From positions 640,001 to 704,000 of the forward strand of contig CAVYGN010000001.1 of NCBI GenBank assembly GCA_963768055.1: DNA of 64,000 bases, given 5' to 3'. Position 1 is the stretch's first letter, and each line of letters opens with the position of its first letter. Positions 61,872 to 64,000 of the stretch are shown piece after piece. The notes beneath the pieces were generated by a model, which saw only the letters and a program-made list of their open reading frames with translations, searched no databases and was not told where the DNA came from. A program made the translations under genes and the position numbers. This DNA is from an uncultured Spirochaetota bacterium (GTDB lineage: Bacteria; Spirochaetota; Brevinematia; Brevinematales; JAOACQ01).

Positions 61872-62303
61872 ATGAGTTTTGGGATATTTACTGATAAGAA
61901 TTTTAAACCAACTATTGATGATATCCATAATGCTTTATCAATTTCAAAGCCTCTATTTGAATATTTGGTGAATTACATCGAATGTAATTTTAAAACGCAT
62001 TCTGAATTGAAATTTTATGGTAAGAATTATGGTTGGGCATTAAGATTTAATAGATCAGGCAAGTCATTAATTGCTTTATATCCTGGAAAGGATGAATTTA
62101 CTGCTCAGATAATTCTTAATGATAAACAGGTTTTAGAAGCCTTGAATTCAGATATCAGTGAAAAAGCCAAAAATATTATTGAGAAAACACCTGAAATATA
62201 TGAGGGAAAATGGATTTTTATCAAAGTTAATTCCGAAGTCATAGTTAAAGATGTTGAAAAACTGATTTTAATAAGAACTAATAAAGATCAAAATATGGAA
62301 TAA
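61872..62303 (+). CDS. DUF3788 family protein
   Basis: FYGKNYGWALRF...KSLIALYP...EGKWIFIKV. Confidence 0.75.
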   Translation: MSFGIFTDKNFKPTIDDIHNALSISKPLFEYLVNYIECNFKTHSELKFYGKNYGWALRFNRSGKSLIALYPGKDEFTAQIILNDKQVLEALNSDISEKAKNIIEKTPEIYEGKWIFIKVNSEVIVKDVEKLILIRTNKDQNME

Positions 62304-62306
62304 TGA

Positions 62307-62960
62307 ATGACACAAAAGAGATATGAGAAAATCAAAGCAGGTATAAAATATTCATACAATATTGCCGCTAAAAATTATCACAAGCTGTTTTCTGATGAGT
62401 TAAAAGAACATAAATATGACCAGCAATTATTAAGTCAATTTGCAGATGAGCTTCCAAAAGATTCTATTATCTGTGATATCGGCTGTGGTCCATCTGTTCA
62501 AATGGGTGGTTATTTATTTGAAAAAGGACATAATGTTGAAGGGCTGGATTTTTCAGATGCTTGCATTGAAAACGCCAAGACAATATATCCGAAAATGAAA
62601 ATTCATAATGTTGATATGACAAAAACAAATTTACCAGATAATTCTTATGATGGAATTATTTCATTTTATTCATTATTTCATATCCCAAAAGAATATCAAC
62701 ATGAGGTGTTTAAAGAATTTCATAGAATATTAAAACCAGGTGGGAAATTACTTCTGATGAATCATAAAGGTTCTGAACGAAAAATAATTAAGGAGATATG
62801 GGCGCATAATAACTTGAAATTATTCATCAATTTTTCAACTGAAAAAGAGATAAGAGAATTGGTATCAAATAATAATTTTATAATAAACTTATTGGAATCG
62901 AAAAAAGCCTATTATGATTATCCGAAAGAAAGAATTATATGTCTGGCGACACGAATATAA
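62307..62960 (+). CDS. Class I SAM-dependent methyltransferase
   Basis: ICDIGCGP, GLDFS, FYSLFH, RILKPGG. Confidence 0.9.
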   Translation: MTQKRYEKIKAGIKYSYNIAAKNYHKLFSDELKEHKYDQQLLSQFADELPKDSIICDIGCGPSVQMGGYLFEKGHNVEGLDFSDACIENAKTIYPKMKIHNVDMTKTNLPDNSYDGIISFYSLFHIPKEYQHEVFKEFHRILKPGGKLLLMNHKGSERKIIKEIWAHNNLKLFINFSTEKEIRELVSNNNFIINLLESKKAYYDYPKERIICLATRI

Positions 62961-62962
62961 AT

Positions 62963-62989
62963 GCTCTTCTCCCTCTGCTTTGCCTGCTA
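62963..62989 (+). repeat. Short-form cassette repeat, left arm only
   Basis: GCTCTTCTCCCTCTGCTTTGCCTGCTA, 2 bp after a stop codon. Confidence 0.8.
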
Positions 62990-63088
62990 GACGGCATATA
63001 TGACTTATAGTTCCGAGTAAGCAAAATAAATGTTGAATAATTCATTCCAGAATAGCATAATAATACATTAATTTATATGGACGTTATT

Positions 63089-64000
63089 ATGTCTACTCTT
63101 AAACTCTTAATAAAAAAATTGTAGCTATTCTTTCTTATCTGGGTTTCTCCCCGTTATTTTATTTTGTACGAAGTTTTTGGGATGATACTTTTCTCAAAGG
63201 TGTAATATCATATTCACTTTTATTATCGTTTATTTTTAATAGTTTGCTTTGGTGCTATATGATAATCAGTATTGCTTTTGCTTTTTTAATTGTGTATTGG
63301 GGAGACGGGTATTATCATTTCAACCTTGAAACTATTCAAAATTATTTCTTTGGCATTTGCCTTATCATTTTTTGTATTTTATGGATATATTGTTTTATAA
63401 GTGATATTCTAAGCAAGAAAAAACTTTCTGATTTTTTAAATAGATTTGTAAATTCCATAATAATTCATAAACTTTCAGTTCTATTTCAAGTACTTTTTAT
63501 ATTCATCATTATAGCAGTTGTTGTTATTAGCCTTAAAGCAAATCGAATTTACGAATATAAGCCAGGTAAAGAAAAGATATATCTTCTTTATGATGATAGT
63601 TATCATTTACCTAAAATTATATTGGCAAGTATTTTTTATCCAATGATTATTGGGACTGTAGAAAAATTTGGTGAAGGAAGTTTCAAAATGGCTGTTATTA
63701 CTCCTGAAAGTTTTAATGAAGCCTTTCATAAAGCAAAATTATTGTTTATTGCCAGTCATGGGGATGAAGAAGGAATAAAAATATTGAATGATACAAATCT
63801 TGTTTTTAGGCCTAATGACATTCCTTCTATATCAGATAGGCCCAATCTTCAATTTGTTTATCTTACCGGATGTAATCTTTCTACAAAAACCAATGATTGG
63901 ATAAAAGCCCTTTCGGGTACTAAGATGGTTGTATTCAATCGTTATTCGGCAATGCTGGAACATCTTCTCTGGATATGGAAAGATGCTGATAAAGAAATAA
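63089..64000 (+). CDS. Membrane protein with possible caspase/CHAT-like C-terminal domain (partial; start codon apparently out of frame)
   Basis: Open frame from 63103 to the window end with TM segments, then LFIASHG...FVYLTGC; nearest ATG (63089) is in another frame. Confidence 0.45.

Noticed and set aside
27268..62989. Cassette repeats as a CRISPR array
   Set aside because: Copies are degenerate, vary in length and are separated by whole genes; no cas genes are present.
27268..62989. Canonical integron (intI/attI/attC)
   Set aside because: I could not find RYYYAAC...GTTRRRY core sites in the repeats or an IntI gene. A covariance-model search is still needed to exclude highly divergent attC.

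Overview
AT-rich bacterial accessory region. A spirochaete host is plausible from the tRNA-Arg(GCG) and the lipoprotein types, but this is inference. The left third is a mosaic. It holds a ketopantoate reductase-family gene, three paralogous lipoproteins with variable C-terminal carbohydrate-binding-like domains, IS1380 and Rhs remnants, and an OmpR/sensor kinase plus MacA/MacB-like operon with a partial duplicate. It also holds an IS21 (7-bp TSD) inside an HDOD gene, a VapBC pair and an IS3-family element. From about 27 kb to the end there are two long runs of co-oriented, unrelated single genes (GNATs, SAM methyltransferases, nitroreductase, GrpB, DJ-1, DUFs). These genes are separated by about 24 copies of one modular intergenic repeat that usually starts just after a stop codon. 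In 11 copies the repeat carries an intact sigma70-type promoter (TTGATA or a variant, N17, TAGAAT or TAAAAT). The layout resembles an integron cassette array, but I see no attC core sites and no intI. The second run begins directly after tRNA-Tyr, arm-type repeats and a truncated tyrosine integrase, and a separate tyrosine-recombinase C-terminal remnant lies inside the first run. This promoter-bearing repeat and cassette architecture is the best candidate for an undescribed system. All product calls come from motif recognition by eye; no searches were run.
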